Assembly (NCBI GenBank): GCA_965205945.1
Contig: CBDBIB010000001.1
Location: 256,001-320,000, forward strand
Length of the DNA: 64,000 bases
Direction of reading: 5' to 3'
Source of the DNA: Bdellovibrionales bacterium
GTDB taxonomy: Bacteria; Bdellovibrionota; Bdellovibrionia; Bdellovibrionales; UBA1609
A program made the position numbers and the translations under genes. The notes under the pieces were generated by a model. The model saw only the letters and a program-made list of their open reading frames with translations, did no database searches and was not told the DNA's origin. This document shows positions 49,703 through 59,265 of this stretch, piece after piece. Position 1 is the stretch's first letter, and the number at the start of each line of letters is the position of its first letter.

Positions 49703-50803
49703 TTGATGAGACAAGAATTTGATTTAAAAGTTGTTGAAAAGAAAGTAAGAGCTTTAAACGCTATAACATTAAAACTGTTAGTGCCCACTGAATTTAAAGA
49801 TAAGTTTAAGGCTAAGGCAGGGCAATTTATAGGTGTTACAGCCACTATTAAAGGGGAAAAAGTTCATAGAAGTTATTCCCTATCATCAGGTCCTGATAGC
49901 GAAACTCTTGAAATTTCAGTTAAGAAAGTTCCTAGCGGGAAAATGTCGACATATCTTATCGATGAAATATTAAAAGGAGACACTTTAAAAGTTGTCCCTC
50001 CAGCAGGTCATTTTTATAAAGAGTCTGAGAATAAAAAACATCACGTAATGTTTGCTGCTGGAAGCGGCATTGTGCCGATACTTTCCATTATTAAATTTTT
50101 AAAAAAGGTTAAACCTAAAGAGCAGGTTTCTTTATTTTATTGGAATCAAACTGTTGAATCTACAATGTTTTTAAAAGAATTATTAGAGTATAATAAAGCT
50201 TTGTTTTTTAATTTATTTCTAGCTTTTACAAAAGAAAAGCCTAAAATAAAAGAGGTCTACTTTTTTTCAAGATGTGATCAAAATATAATGAAAGACTGCT
50301 TCTACAAATGGTCTACCTCTATTGATATGCCAATATTTTATCTTTGTGGTCCTGAAGGGTTTATGTCAACAATCGAGTTTTTCTTAGGAACAAAGGGTTA
50401 TAGCTTTTCACAAATTAGAAAAGAAAGTTTTAAAACATCAAACACAACTACTCCTGATATGCCCATTAAAAAAAAAAATGAGCCCATTTACATTGGTAAT
50501 ATAAATACAAAATCTGAAGAAGCTGGTGGAGTTTGTGAAGCTGTGTTAGACGGTGAGGTTATTTTTGTTCAACCCAGTGAAGATGAAACAATTTTAGAGG
50601 CTTTTTTAAGAAAAGGAGAGTCACCTCCTTACTCTTGTATGGAAGGAACTTGCATTGCTTGTCAATGTAAGGTTTTAGAAGGGCTTGTTACAATGCCTAA
50701 AGACTTTTTTATATCAGATGAAGACATCGCTGAAGGGTTAGTGCTCTCCTGCCAGGCTCGAATTAAATCTAAAAAAGTAAAGATAGATTTTGATAATTTT
50801 TAA
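49703..50803 (+). CDS. FAD/NAD oxidoreductase with C-terminal 2Fe-2S ferredoxin (PaaE-like)
   Basis: RSYSLSS, GKMS, AAGSGIVP, CGP, CMEGTCIAC...LSCQ. Confidence 0.88.
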   Translation: MMRQEFDLKVVEKKVRALNAITLKLLVPTEFKDKFKAKAGQFIGVTATIKGEKVHRSYSLSSGPDSETLEISVKKVPSGKMSTYLIDEILKGDTLKVVPPAGHFYKESENKKHHVMFAAGSGIVPILSIIKFLKKVKPKEQVSLFYWNQTVESTMFLKELLEYNKALFFNLFLAFTKEKPKIKEVYFFSRCDQNIMKDCFYKWSTSIDMPIFYLCGPEGFMSTIEFFLGTKGYSFSQIRKESFKTSNTTTPDMPIKKKNEPIYIGNINTKSEEAGGVCEAVLDGEVIFVQPSEDETILEAFLRKGESPPYSCMEGTCIACQCKVLEGLVTMPKDFFISDEDIAEGLVLSCQARIKSKKVKIDFDNF

Positions 50804-51002
50804 AGTCAAACATCATTATTTAGTAAAATTACTTTTTTTATATCACCTTAAATGATTAAGCTTTCTAATAAAGTAATACTAATTACATTAAATACTTCTT
50901 TAACAAAATAAAATATAAGCCTTATTTTTAATACCATCTTACAAATGAATCTTTTTGCAGGCGGACCAACGTCTAGCTGGTTCTGCCGTCTAATCACCAC
51001 AG

Positions 51003-52145
51003 GTGCTAGTCTATTCTTATATGATAAGTAAGAATAAACAGCACAAGAAAATTAAAATTATTCAAGCATCAAAGCTAACATGGTTATACTATCTTTTACT
51101 TATGATTGGACTGCTTCAAGTTTATTCATCAAGTGCAATTTATGCAGCAGAAAAATTTGGTAACCCATATTTTTTTATTCAAAAACAAACTGTATTCGCT
51201 ATATTTGCTGGACTAATATTTTTTATTGCAGGTAAAATTTCTCCTCAAAAATATGCCCTTTTAGGAGGAGTACTTTTTGTTTCATCCTTACTCCTTTTAA
51301 TATTAACCCATATTCCTGGCATAGGTGTCACTATTGGTGGAGCAACACGCTGGATTAATCTGTCAAACGGTTTTCGTCTAGAACCGGGAGAGTTTTATAA
51401 AGTAGGATTTGGTTTTTTTATTTTTTGGCTTTTCTCATTTAAAGAAAAATATGAAGACATGAGTATTTGGTGGCCATTTTTTATAATTTTATTTGTATCT
51501 ATAGGGTTATTTTTAAAACAACCAGATTTTGGAAGTGTATTTTTACTTATACTTGGAGCATTAATAGTGGTGTTTTTATGGATTAGAAGCATTAAGCCAT
51601 TTTTGATTTTAGGAGCTCTTACAGGAGGAGGGCTTACTTTTTTTTTAACACAAGAATCTTATCGAATAGATAGATTTTTAACATTCTTAAACCCATGGAA
51701 AGATCCTCAGGGAAAAGGTTTTCAAGCCATTCAAAGTTTTGTGGCTTTTAAAAAAGGTGGTTTGTTTGGTGAAGGAATTGGTATGAGTCAGGCAAAATTC
51801 TTTTTTTTGCCTGAGGCGCACACTGATTTTACACTTGCTATTTTTGCAGAAGAGATGGGTTTTTTAGGAGTGTTTTTTCTTTTAATGTTTTTTATGGGAA
51901 TTGTTTTTATACTATTTAAAATTGCAAAAAATCAAGAGAACAACTTTAAGTTTTTACTTTTAAGCTACTATTTAGGGGGGCTGTTTTTTTTCTGCTTTTT
52001 TATTAATGCTTGTGTAAATGTAGGCCTAGTTCCAACTAAAGGTTTACCCTTACCTTTTTTAAGCTACGGTGGAAGTTCTTTACTTTCTATAACATTTTTG
52101 CTTGGTTGGTTTAGATCCTTAGAAAATAAGGCTAACCACCTCTAG
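51003..52145 (+). CDS. ftsW: SEDS family peptidoglycan polymerase, FtsW-type
   Basis: VYSSS, GATRWI, QPDFG, FLPEAHTDF, PTKGLPLPFLSYGGSS. Confidence 0.88.
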   Translation: MLVYSYMISKNKQHKKIKIIQASKLTWLYYLLLMIGLLQVYSSSAIYAAEKFGNPYFFIQKQTVFAIFAGLIFFIAGKISPQKYALLGGVLFVSSLLLLILTHIPGIGVTIGGATRWINLSNGFRLEPGEFYKVGFGFFIFWLFSFKEKYEDMSIWWPFFIILFVSIGLFLKQPDFGSVFLLILGALIVVFLWIRSIKPFLILGALTGGGLTFFLTQESYRIDRFLTFLNPWKDPQGKGFQAIQSFVAFKKGGLFGEGIGMSQAKFFFLPEAHTDFTLAIFAEEMGFLGVFFLLMFFMGIVFILFKIAKNQENNFKFLLLSYYLGGLFFFCFFINACVNVGLVPTKGLPLPFLSYGGSSLLSITFLLGWFRSLENKANHL

Positions 52146-52503
52146 CTAAACCACAGTAAGCACAGTTGTTCCAGTCAAGCTCAAGCTCTTGCTTACATCT
52201 ACTACAAAGCGGGTCTTTAGCATCATGCCAATGGTCTTCTTTATGAATGATAATTTGCCCAATAATGATTAAAACAGGAATGGTAGTCATTATTTGTTTT
52301 ATAATAAAAATTACAGAACCTTCAATATATGCTGTATATGCTAATATACTAAAACCTACAGCAAGCAGCACATGATAAACCATAGATAAATCACGTACTT
52401 CTTTATGCACATGAATTTTCCAAATTTGAAACCAGTAACTTATTGAAAGAAGAAAAATTGCACTCCATGATAAAAATTGAACGAATGAATTTGTATTCTC
52501 CAT
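52132..52503 (-). CDS. PQ-loop/SemiSWEET-like small membrane protein with a C-terminal zinc ribbon
   Basis: Three TM helices, QIWKI.....RDLS, C-terminal CSRC...CAYCG. Confidence 0.6.
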   Translation of the reverse strand: MENTNSFVQFLSWSAIFLLSISYWFQIWKIHVHKEVRDLSMVYHVLLAVGFSILAYTAYIEGSVIFIIKQIMTTIPVLIIIGQIIIHKEDHWHDAKDPLCSRCKQELELDWNNCAYCGLARGG

Positions 52504-53018
52504 ACCGTATTAAAGAATAAATGATCTTTCGTGTCTACTTAAATAGCATCATATGCTATTTAAATGCACAGTTAAGCTCTTTGCCTAGCCTAAAAGCTTT
52601 AAATTGTTTCTGATTTTAATAAACCTTTAGATTCAAGATATTTTATAACAACTACAACATCTAGATTTTCTTTCCCAATAGCTGAATCTATATATGTAAC
52701 AGTCTTGTTATCAGTATTAAAATTAATTTTCTCACCAAATGACTTTAAGAAATAGTTTTTAAAAAACTCTTTAAAATCAAACTCAAGTTAAAACTCTACT
52801 TTTAAATCACTCACAAAAAACATAATCATTTACAAATCTATGTTTATAAAATACTAAAGTACTTACAAAGAGTCCCCTGCAAAAGTAACACCTTAAGTTT
52901 AAACAAGATTCTTTACTTCACTTTTAAATACATTTAAATAATATTGTAAAGCTAGAAAAAAATAGCGCTGCTTTAAAAAATCTAATTCGTCCCTAACATA
53001 AAAAAGATTTAACGGCCT

Positions 53019-53507
53019 TTAAGACCACCAGTTTTTAAAAGAAGTGATATTAAGTCTTTTTAAAAAATGATCCACATCTTTTTTATAGACTTTTACAGAA
53101 TTCGTAGAAGTCTCTTGTATTAAAATAGAATCTACAATTATAAAAGTATTATTTTTAAAAAGATTTTCAGCTTTTTTAAATAACAAAGAAGCAAGTACTT
53201 CAGTTGTTGGATCTCCAGGAGTTTCTTTAATTCTTAAGTTAGGATCAATAATATTTAAAGCTTTAATTAAAGGATCTTTTGAATTTAAAAAAAAGAAATG
53301 ATCAAGCTCTTCATCAACAAACCTTTTCCAATAATATTTTAGAATTTTAAAATCTTGAGTAAAGTTTTTTTCTAAATTGATTACCGAAGCTTTGTGGCTT
53401 AAAGAAAGCGTAACCCACCAAGAATGACCATGAGGGGTAGAACACTTAGTATTAGTGTTGATAAACCTATGAGCAGCTTCAAAACAATAACGAAATGACA
53501 AAATCAT
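53019..53507 (-). CDS. queD: 6-carboxytetrahydropterin synthase (PTPS-I)
   Basis: FEAAHR, CSTPHGH (CX3HGH), LDH, PTTE, ET; ATGA overlap with the upstream gene. Confidence 0.8.
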   Translation of the reverse strand: MILSFRYCFEAAHRFINTNTKCSTPHGHSWWVTLSLSHKASVINLEKNFTQDFKILKYYWKRFVDEELDHFFFLNSKDPLIKALNIIDPNLRIKETPGDPTTEVLASLLFKKAENLFKNNTFIIVDSILIQETSTNSVKVYKKDVDHFLKRLNITSFKNWWS

Positions 53508-53980
53508 TTTAATACCTCGGTATAAGAACAAGACTGTCCACGAGATTCTGAAACCTCCACTGTGTAACTATTAATTGGATATACTAAAAATGCTTTCTTA
53601 AGTTTTCCTGAAATAAAACTAGCAAGAGCTTCAATGGTGATGTTTTCAATGGGCAAAAAAGCACAGTCCACTTGTGGGAATGAGTAAATTTTTTGATCAA
53701 AGTAGACTTCAACCTTATCACAAGTCTTAATAATCTTTGTATAAGGATTTTCTTCAGCAATGAGAACTTTTTCATCAATTAAGGAGAGTAGCTGTTTGAT
53801 CTTAGTTTTAGGCTCATTTAGATCTACAATAAGACCATGAGAAAGGCGCTTACAGCCATCAAGGCTTATAGATACGTAATAATTGTGTCCATGAAGCATT
53901 TCAGCAGAATTTGATGAAAAAGTAGTAAAATGGGCACCTGAAAATTTAAAAGACTCTTTTGATAGTTTTAATGACCACAT
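53504..53980 (-). CDS. PTPS paralog with an EXXHGH motif (PTPS-III-like)
   Basis: FSGAHF, AEMLHGHNY, ITIEALA. Confidence 0.75.
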   Translation of the reverse strand: MWSLKLSKESFKFSGAHFTTFSSNSAEMLHGHNYYVSISLDGCKRLSHGLIVDLNEPKTKIKQLLSLIDEKVLIAEENPYTKIIKTCDKVEVYFDQKIYSFPQVDCAFLPIENITIEALASFISGKLKKAFLVYPINSYTVEVSESRGQSCSYTEVLK

Positions 53981-54064
53981 AAAAAAGGTGTAACATTTTT
54001 AACTCTAAGGTCAAACTCAAGACAAAGCTTTAAGCTATGGAAAAACTATTATAAGTTTTTTTAT

Positions 54065-55204
54065 ATGAAAAATATAGTAATGCCAGCCTTTATGATCGGT
54101 GATGAATTTGATACTGAAGTCTTAAGGGTTTCAGCTAATGGGGGTAGAGGCGTGGCTAAGCATGAAGGTTTAGTGGTTTTTATCCCCAACACAGCTCCTG
54201 GGGATCTTGTTAAGGTTAAAGTTACAAAAGTTCAAAAAAACTTTATCGAAGCTAAGATGATCAAACTTAAAAAACCTTCTAAATCGCGTATAACCCCAGC
54301 CTGCCCCGTTTTTGAAGAATGTGGTGGCTGCAGCCTGCAAATGCTTAAAATATCTGAGCAGCATCGTCAAAAAGAAGGATTCTTAAACTTTACAGTTAAA
54401 TCGGTATTTAAAAATCAGAAAGGTATTAAAGACTTAAAGATTGAGCCCATTAAAGGGACTCCAAAGGTATTTGGATATAGGAACAGAATACAGATTCATC
54501 AAGAAGGCAACCGCCTTGGATTTTATAAAAAAGGAAGCCATAAGCTTATTTGTATTGATAATTGTTTGGTTGCAGATGAGCGTATAACAGCTAAATTTCC
54601 AAAGCTTAAAAAGCAAAATTGTAAAAGAAGAGTTGAAATGGCTGTTAACCACTGTGGACAAGTGGTTCAAAGTGAAAAATCTTTAAGCATTGGACAAACT
54701 TTATTTAGTCAGGTGAATACTGATTTAAATAAAGCTCTTATTAAATATATTTTAGTTGAAGCTCAAAGTATAGACAGACTTAAGTATATTCAAGATTTAT
54801 ATTGTGGTTCTGGAAATTTTTCTTTTCCTTTTGCAGAAAAATTTCCAGATTCAAAAGTTACAGCTGTAGAGCTTAATAAAGCTTCTGTGCAGACTGCTAA
54901 AGAAAAAAATGTATTAAAAAATCTAGAATTTATCGCAACCGACGTTTCTAAGTATCTAAAAACGGCTAGAAAGGCTGATTTAATTTTAGTGGATCCTCCT
55001 AGAAAAGGAATGGTAAAGGATGTTGTTAAAGTACTATTAGTCTTAAATGTAGAAAATATCTTTTATATAAGCTGTGATTTATCTTCAGCAGCTAGAGATT
55101 TAAGGCTATTAAGTGCAAAATATAAGCTTTTAAAGGCAAAGCCTTTTGATATGTTTCCACAGACAGAACATTTAGAATCATTTTTTAGGCTAAAACTAAA
55201 GTAA
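54065..55204 (+). CDS. TRAM-domain RNA m5U methyltransferase (RlmD/TrmA family)
   Basis: CPVFEECGGC, FSQVN, DLYCGSG, DPPR, YISC, DMFPQTEHLE. Confidence 0.92.
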   Translation: MKNIVMPAFMIGDEFDTEVLRVSANGGRGVAKHEGLVVFIPNTAPGDLVKVKVTKVQKNFIEAKMIKLKKPSKSRITPACPVFEECGGCSLQMLKISEQHRQKEGFLNFTVKSVFKNQKGIKDLKIEPIKGTPKVFGYRNRIQIHQEGNRLGFYKKGSHKLICIDNCLVADERITAKFPKLKKQNCKRRVEMAVNHCGQVVQSEKSLSIGQTLFSQVNTDLNKALIKYILVEAQSIDRLKYIQDLYCGSGNFSFPFAEKFPDSKVTAVELNKASVQTAKEKNVLKNLEFIATDVSKYLKTARKADLILVDPPRKGMVKDVVKVLLVLNVENIFYISCDLSSAARDLRLLSAKYKLLKAKPFDMFPQTEHLESFFRLKLK

Positions 55205-55223
55205 CTAACTTTTAATTAAATAT

Positions 55224-55379
55224 TAATCTTTTAAACAACTCATTAAAGGCAGTTGTTTTATCTACAATTAAAGATGGCTTTTTTTAAAAACAAGACATAG
55301 AATTTTTAATATGAAAGTTTTATTAACGGGTGCCACCGACTATATAGGTGGCTATATTGGAAGAAAGCTAGTAGAGCTT
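55224..55379 (+). repeat. 156-bp direct repeat, copy 1 (upstream region plus first 23 codons of the TIGR01777-like gene)
   Basis: Matches 58181-58336 with about 4 substitutions. Confidence 0.95.
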
Positions 55380-55612
55380 TCAACAAAGCTTTAAAAAGAA
55401 TCATAGTTTTTAGTAATAACAAAAAGGCTATACAGAGAGCCTTTCCCACAGAGTTTAAAATTGACCTAAACCGTAGGGTTGCCAGTATCTCTGGAGATAG
55501 AGTGACTTCCATTGAAGGCTTAAAAGCTCAACAGCACCAAAAAAATTAATAATTCTAAATATTTACACGGCATCAACCGTAGTTTAACTAAATCTAAGTA
55601 AACATACCTTAG

Positions 55613-55679
55613 GTATAGTTATAGAGAATTATATAAACTAATTTCTTGATAAAGTTTAATAAATTCGCTATAACTATAC
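55613..55679 (+). promoter_or_regulatory. AbiE operator (27-bp inverted repeats) overlapping a sigma70 promoter
   Basis: GTATAGTTATAGAGAATTATATAAACT and AGTTTAATAAATTCGCTATAACTATAC; TTGATA-17-TATAAC. Confidence 0.8.
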
Positions 55680-55680
55680 T

Positions 55681-56472
55681 ATGAGTATAGATAAAAAGAA
55701 CAAATTAAACTTACTTTTCTCAAATTGGTACGATGGACAAATTAAAACCACTGGATGGCTAAAGAGCCATGGCTATAGTAATGCCCTCATCCAAAAATAT
55801 AAAAAAGGCCAATGGATAGAGCCTATTGGAAAAGGGGCTTACAAAAAGTACGGAGATTCTGTGAACTGGGTAAGCGTGCTCTCCTGCGTCCAGCAAGAGC
55901 TGAAGCTTGCTGTTCATGTGAGTGGAAAATCTGCTTTACAACTTTTAGGAAAATCACAATATATAGCGTTTGACCAAAAAAAAAAATTTGTCATAGGTAA
56001 TAAGAAAGAACTCTTGCCTTTTTGGGCTCAAAACTACAATGAAGATGTTTCTTTGGAGTACAAAGTTAAAAAGTTATTTAAAAAAGATCAATTCAATGAA
56101 AAGAATTGGGGCTACACGACTTTAGAACATGGAAGATTTTTTGTTATTTTATCATCACCAGAACGAGCTTTTCTTGAGTATTTAGATGAACTACCAAAAC
56201 TATACTCCTACTCAGAAGCCCTTGATCTTCTTGAAAATCTACCAACACTTAGAAGTTCAATCCTCCAAAATTTATTAGAAAGCTGTAGTTCAATAAAAGT
56301 AAAAAGACTTTTTCTACATTTAGCTGAAAAAATAAATCATCCCTGGTTTAAAAAAATTGACCTCAAGAAAATTAGTCTAGGAACAGGTAAACGCCATGTC
56401 TTCAAAGATGGGGTTTTCGATTCAAAGTATCTTATTACGGTACCAAAGGAATTAAATTATGAAGAAAGTTGA
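55681..56472 (+). CDS. Type IV TA antitoxin AbiEi
   Basis: WLKSHGYS...GKGAY, HVSGKSAL, SSPERAFLE, LLESCSSIKVKRLFL, LGTGKR. Confidence 0.9.
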   Translation: MSIDKKNKLNLLFSNWYDGQIKTTGWLKSHGYSNALIQKYKKGQWIEPIGKGAYKKYGDSVNWVSVLSCVQQELKLAVHVSGKSALQLLGKSQYIAFDQKKKFVIGNKKELLPFWAQNYNEDVSLEYKVKKLFKKDQFNEKNWGYTTLEHGRFFVILSSPERAFLEYLDELPKLYSYSEALDLLENLPTLRSSILQNLLESCSSIKVKRLFLHLAEKINHPWFKKIDLKKISLGTGKRHVFKDGVFDSKYLITVPKELNYEES

Positions 56473-57374
56473 TTTTAAATCAACGAGTAAAACTTCTCCT
56501 TCAAGTCCTTCCCTATGTTGCCAAAGAGACTTGCTTTGCCCTTAAGGGCGGTACTGCCATTAATTTATTTGTTAGAAATTTTCCAAGATTGAGCGTAGAT
56601 ATAGATCTTACCTACTTAGGTGACGAATCGCGAGACGAAGCCCTAAAAATAATAGAGCAAGCATTATATCGAATTCAAGCTGATATTGAAGATCACTTAA
56701 AACCTATTAAGGTTTTTTCTAGCTCAAGGAAAAATCAAGAAAATGATATAAAATTATTCATCGAAAAAAATGGGATTCAAGTTAAAGTTGAAGCAAGCCC
56801 TGTCATACGAGGAGTATTGCTTGAGACAAATACAAGATCGCTTGTATCAAAAGCAGTTGATGAATTTGAAATGGAGATGGATATACAAGTTGTAAGCTTG
56901 CCAGATCTATATGGCGGAAAAATAGCTGCTGCACTAAATAGGCAACATCCAAGAGATTTATTTGATGTAAAGCTTTTACTTGAGAATGAAGGGATAACTA
57001 CCCCTATCAAGAACGGTTTTTTGACCTATCTATTATCTCATGGCAGACCACCAAACGAAATATTAAACCCCACAAAACAATCCATGGAAACAGTTCTAGA
57101 ATCTGAATTTGAAGGTATGTCCTCTCTTTCTTTTACCTACAAAGATTTTGAAGATATACGAGAACAACTCATTTTAAAGATTAACAAAAAAATAACCAAA
57201 ACAGATAAAGATTTTCTAATCTCTTTCTTTCAAAGATCTCCTAAATGGGAACTATTTCAACACGATAATATTAAAGACTTACCAGCTATTAAGTGGAAGC
57301 TACTAAATATTGAAAAAATGAGCCTTCAAAAAAAAGAAGAGCAACTCAAAAATCTAAAAAAAATACTTAGCTAA
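56469..57374 (+). CDS. Type IV TA toxin AbiEii nucleotidyltransferase (start codon uncertain)
   Basis: FALKGGTAINLF, PRLSVDIDL, LYGGK.AAAL.RQHPRDLFD. Confidence 0.9.
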   Translation: MILNQRVKLLLQVLPYVAKETCFALKGGTAINLFVRNFPRLSVDIDLTYLGDESRDEALKIIEQALYRIQADIEDHLKPIKVFSSSRKNQENDIKLFIEKNGIQVKVEASPVIRGVLLETNTRSLVSKAVDEFEMEMDIQVVSLPDLYGGKIAAALNRQHPRDLFDVKLLLENEGITTPIKNGFLTYLLSHGRPPNEILNPTKQSMETVLESEFEGMSSLSFTYKDFEDIREQLILKINKKITKTDKDFLISFFQRSPKWELFQHDNIKDLPAIKWKLLNIEKMSLQKKEEQLKNLKKILS

Positions 57375-57410
57375 TCTCGTAAAATAACAATTTTTAAATA
57401 AGGAGTGTAT

Positions 57411-57675
57411 ATGCACCTATTAATTATAGGTGCACTCTGCTTTTATGTTGTGGCTTTACCCACAGCAAAGGCAGACGTGCGCCATATTTCAACAAAAAAA
57501 GATCAAATTACTAAAGCAAGAACAGCATTAGGAATAGCTACGATTATTCAAGTACCCGATCGCCCTACAAGTGTTGTCATTGGAGATCAAAACTCTTTTA
57601 AGATTGAGTACTTAAACAAAGCAATCACAATTAAGCCACTGGTAGCTAATGCCAGCACGAATCTTTACATTTATA
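57411..57675 (+). pseudogene. TrbG/VirB9-like conjugation protein, N-terminal fragment
   Basis: Signal peptide, TALGIATIIQVPDRPTSVVIGD...ITIKP....TNLYIYT, then cut by IS sequence. Confidence 0.6.
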
Positions 57676-58178
57676 CGGCTCCTCTACCGCGCTTTTTAAA
57701 CCTAAAGCCACCAATAAAAGCTTCATCAACTTCAACCTCTCCACGCAAAAGACTCCGGTCCCCATGGACCATAGCGTTTCGAATTTTATGTAGAAGTAGC
57801 CAGGCTGCTCCATAACTTCCTAGACCCAGAATTCTTTGGAGGCTTAGTGCGCTTACTCCAGTTTTTTTGTGCAGTGATCCACCAGATTGCATAGAACCAT
57901 GTTTTAATCGGAAGTTTTGAGGACTCAAAAATAGAACCAACTTTGACTGAATTTGCAAAAAGACAAGTTTTACATTTGCAAAGTCTAGTTGAAATTAACC
58001 AGTATGTGTTGTTGCCACAGGCCTGGCATTTAAAGCCTTTACCCCAACGCTGCTCCTTAAGAAAAGCTAAGCAAGCGTCATCATCTTTAAAAATTTGATC
58101 AAATTCTCATAGGTTTTTAGAATACTTTAAGACTGATATGTTTAAAATACCCGGTTAGTGTAGTCAAATGCATATGCT
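57676..58178 (-). mobile_element. IS1595-family remnant
   Basis: GVSALSLQRILGLGSYGAAWLLLHKIRNAM...LRGEVEVDEAFIGG; decayed zinc ribbon upstream; 3' half absent. Confidence 0.8.
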
Positions 58179-58180
58179 GG

Positions 58181-58336
58181 TAATCTTTTAAACAACTCCT
58201 TAAAGGCAGTTGTTTTATCTACAATTAAAGATGGCTTTTTTTAAAAACAAGACATAGAATTTTTAATATGAAAGTTTTATTAACAGGTGCCACCGGCTAT
58301 ATAGGTGGCCATATTGGAAGAAAGCTAGTAGAGCTT
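58181..58336 (+). repeat. 156-bp direct repeat, copy 2
   Basis: Matches 55224-55379. Confidence 0.95.
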
Positions 58337-59137
58337 GGTCATGAAGTGATCTCCTTAACTAGAAATAAAAATCAACAAATAAATTTTAAAACTAAACTAA
58401 TAGAACTAAAAGAGCTTTCCTTTGAAAAAGGCATAGAAGCAGTTATTCATTTAGCTGGAGCTTCTGTTGCAAATAAAAGATGGAGCACTAAATACAAAAG
58501 AATTCTTAAAAGCTCTAGAATTGCATTTACACATAAAATTTTAAGAGCTCTTGATTATGAAAACTTACAGGTTTTTTTACAAGCCTCAGCCACAGGGTAT
58601 TATCCAAGTTCTGGAGATAAAATCTTAAATGAAGATTTTGAAGCTGGGACTGGGTTTTTATCTCAACTGTGTTTTTCTTGGGAAGATTCAACCTCATTAT
58701 TAAGTTGTAGAAAAGCATATTTTAGAATTGGTATGGTTATTGGCTACAGCTCTCCAGCCATGGGAAAAATGAGCCCTCTTTTTAAGCAAAAAAGAGGCGC
58801 AGTTTTAGGAAAAGGAAATCAATATATGAGTTGGATTCATATAGACGACTTAGTAAAAATATTCACAAAAGCTTTAACTAACTATGATTACAAAGGTGTT
58901 TATAATGCTGTAACGCCAACCCCCATAAGAAATAAAGAATTTACAGATGAAATGGCAAAAGCTATAGGTAAGTCTGTTTTGTTACCTGCAGTACCAGCCG
59001 TTGTTCTTAAAATACTTTATGGTGAAAGATCTCAAATTCTATTAGATTCTCATAGGGTTGAACCTCGAAATCTTAAACAAAAAGATTTTAAGTTTAAATA
59101 TACTAATATAAAAGATGCTCTTAAAGCTTCAATCTAG
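58268..59137 (+). CDS. TIGR01777/YfcH-family NAD-dependent epimerase
   Basis: TGATGYIG, VIHLAG, RWS, SR, GFLSQLC..WE, SWIHIDD. Confidence 0.9.
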   Translation: MKVLLTGATGYIGGHIGRKLVELGHEVISLTRNKNQQINFKTKLIELKELSFEKGIEAVIHLAGASVANKRWSTKYKRILKSSRIAFTHKILRALDYENLQVFLQASATGYYPSSGDKILNEDFEAGTGFLSQLCFSWEDSTSLLSCRKAYFRIGMVIGYSSPAMGKMSPLFKQKRGAVLGKGNQYMSWIHIDDLVKIFTKALTNYDYKGVYNAVTPTPIRNKEFTDEMAKAIGKSVLLPAVPAVVLKILYGERSQILLDSHRVEPRNLKQKDFKFKYTNIKDALKASI

Positions 59138-59265
59138 GGTTATTAAGTATTTAATAAAGTGTGGCAGTTAAGGTTGAGGAAAACAATAACTTTTAAAAAA
59201 ATAATATGTTAAATAAAAACAGGTTATAAGAATACTATAACAAAAAATTAAATGGGAGCTAAGGT

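Noticed and set aside
50955..51010. SRP RNA, RNase P RNA or a known riboswitch
   Set aside because: Conserved motifs of these families are absent; listed only as an unassigned structured patch.
57676..57815. C-terminal part of ORF 57405-57815
   Set aside because: Read-through into the antisense strand of the IS1595 remnant.
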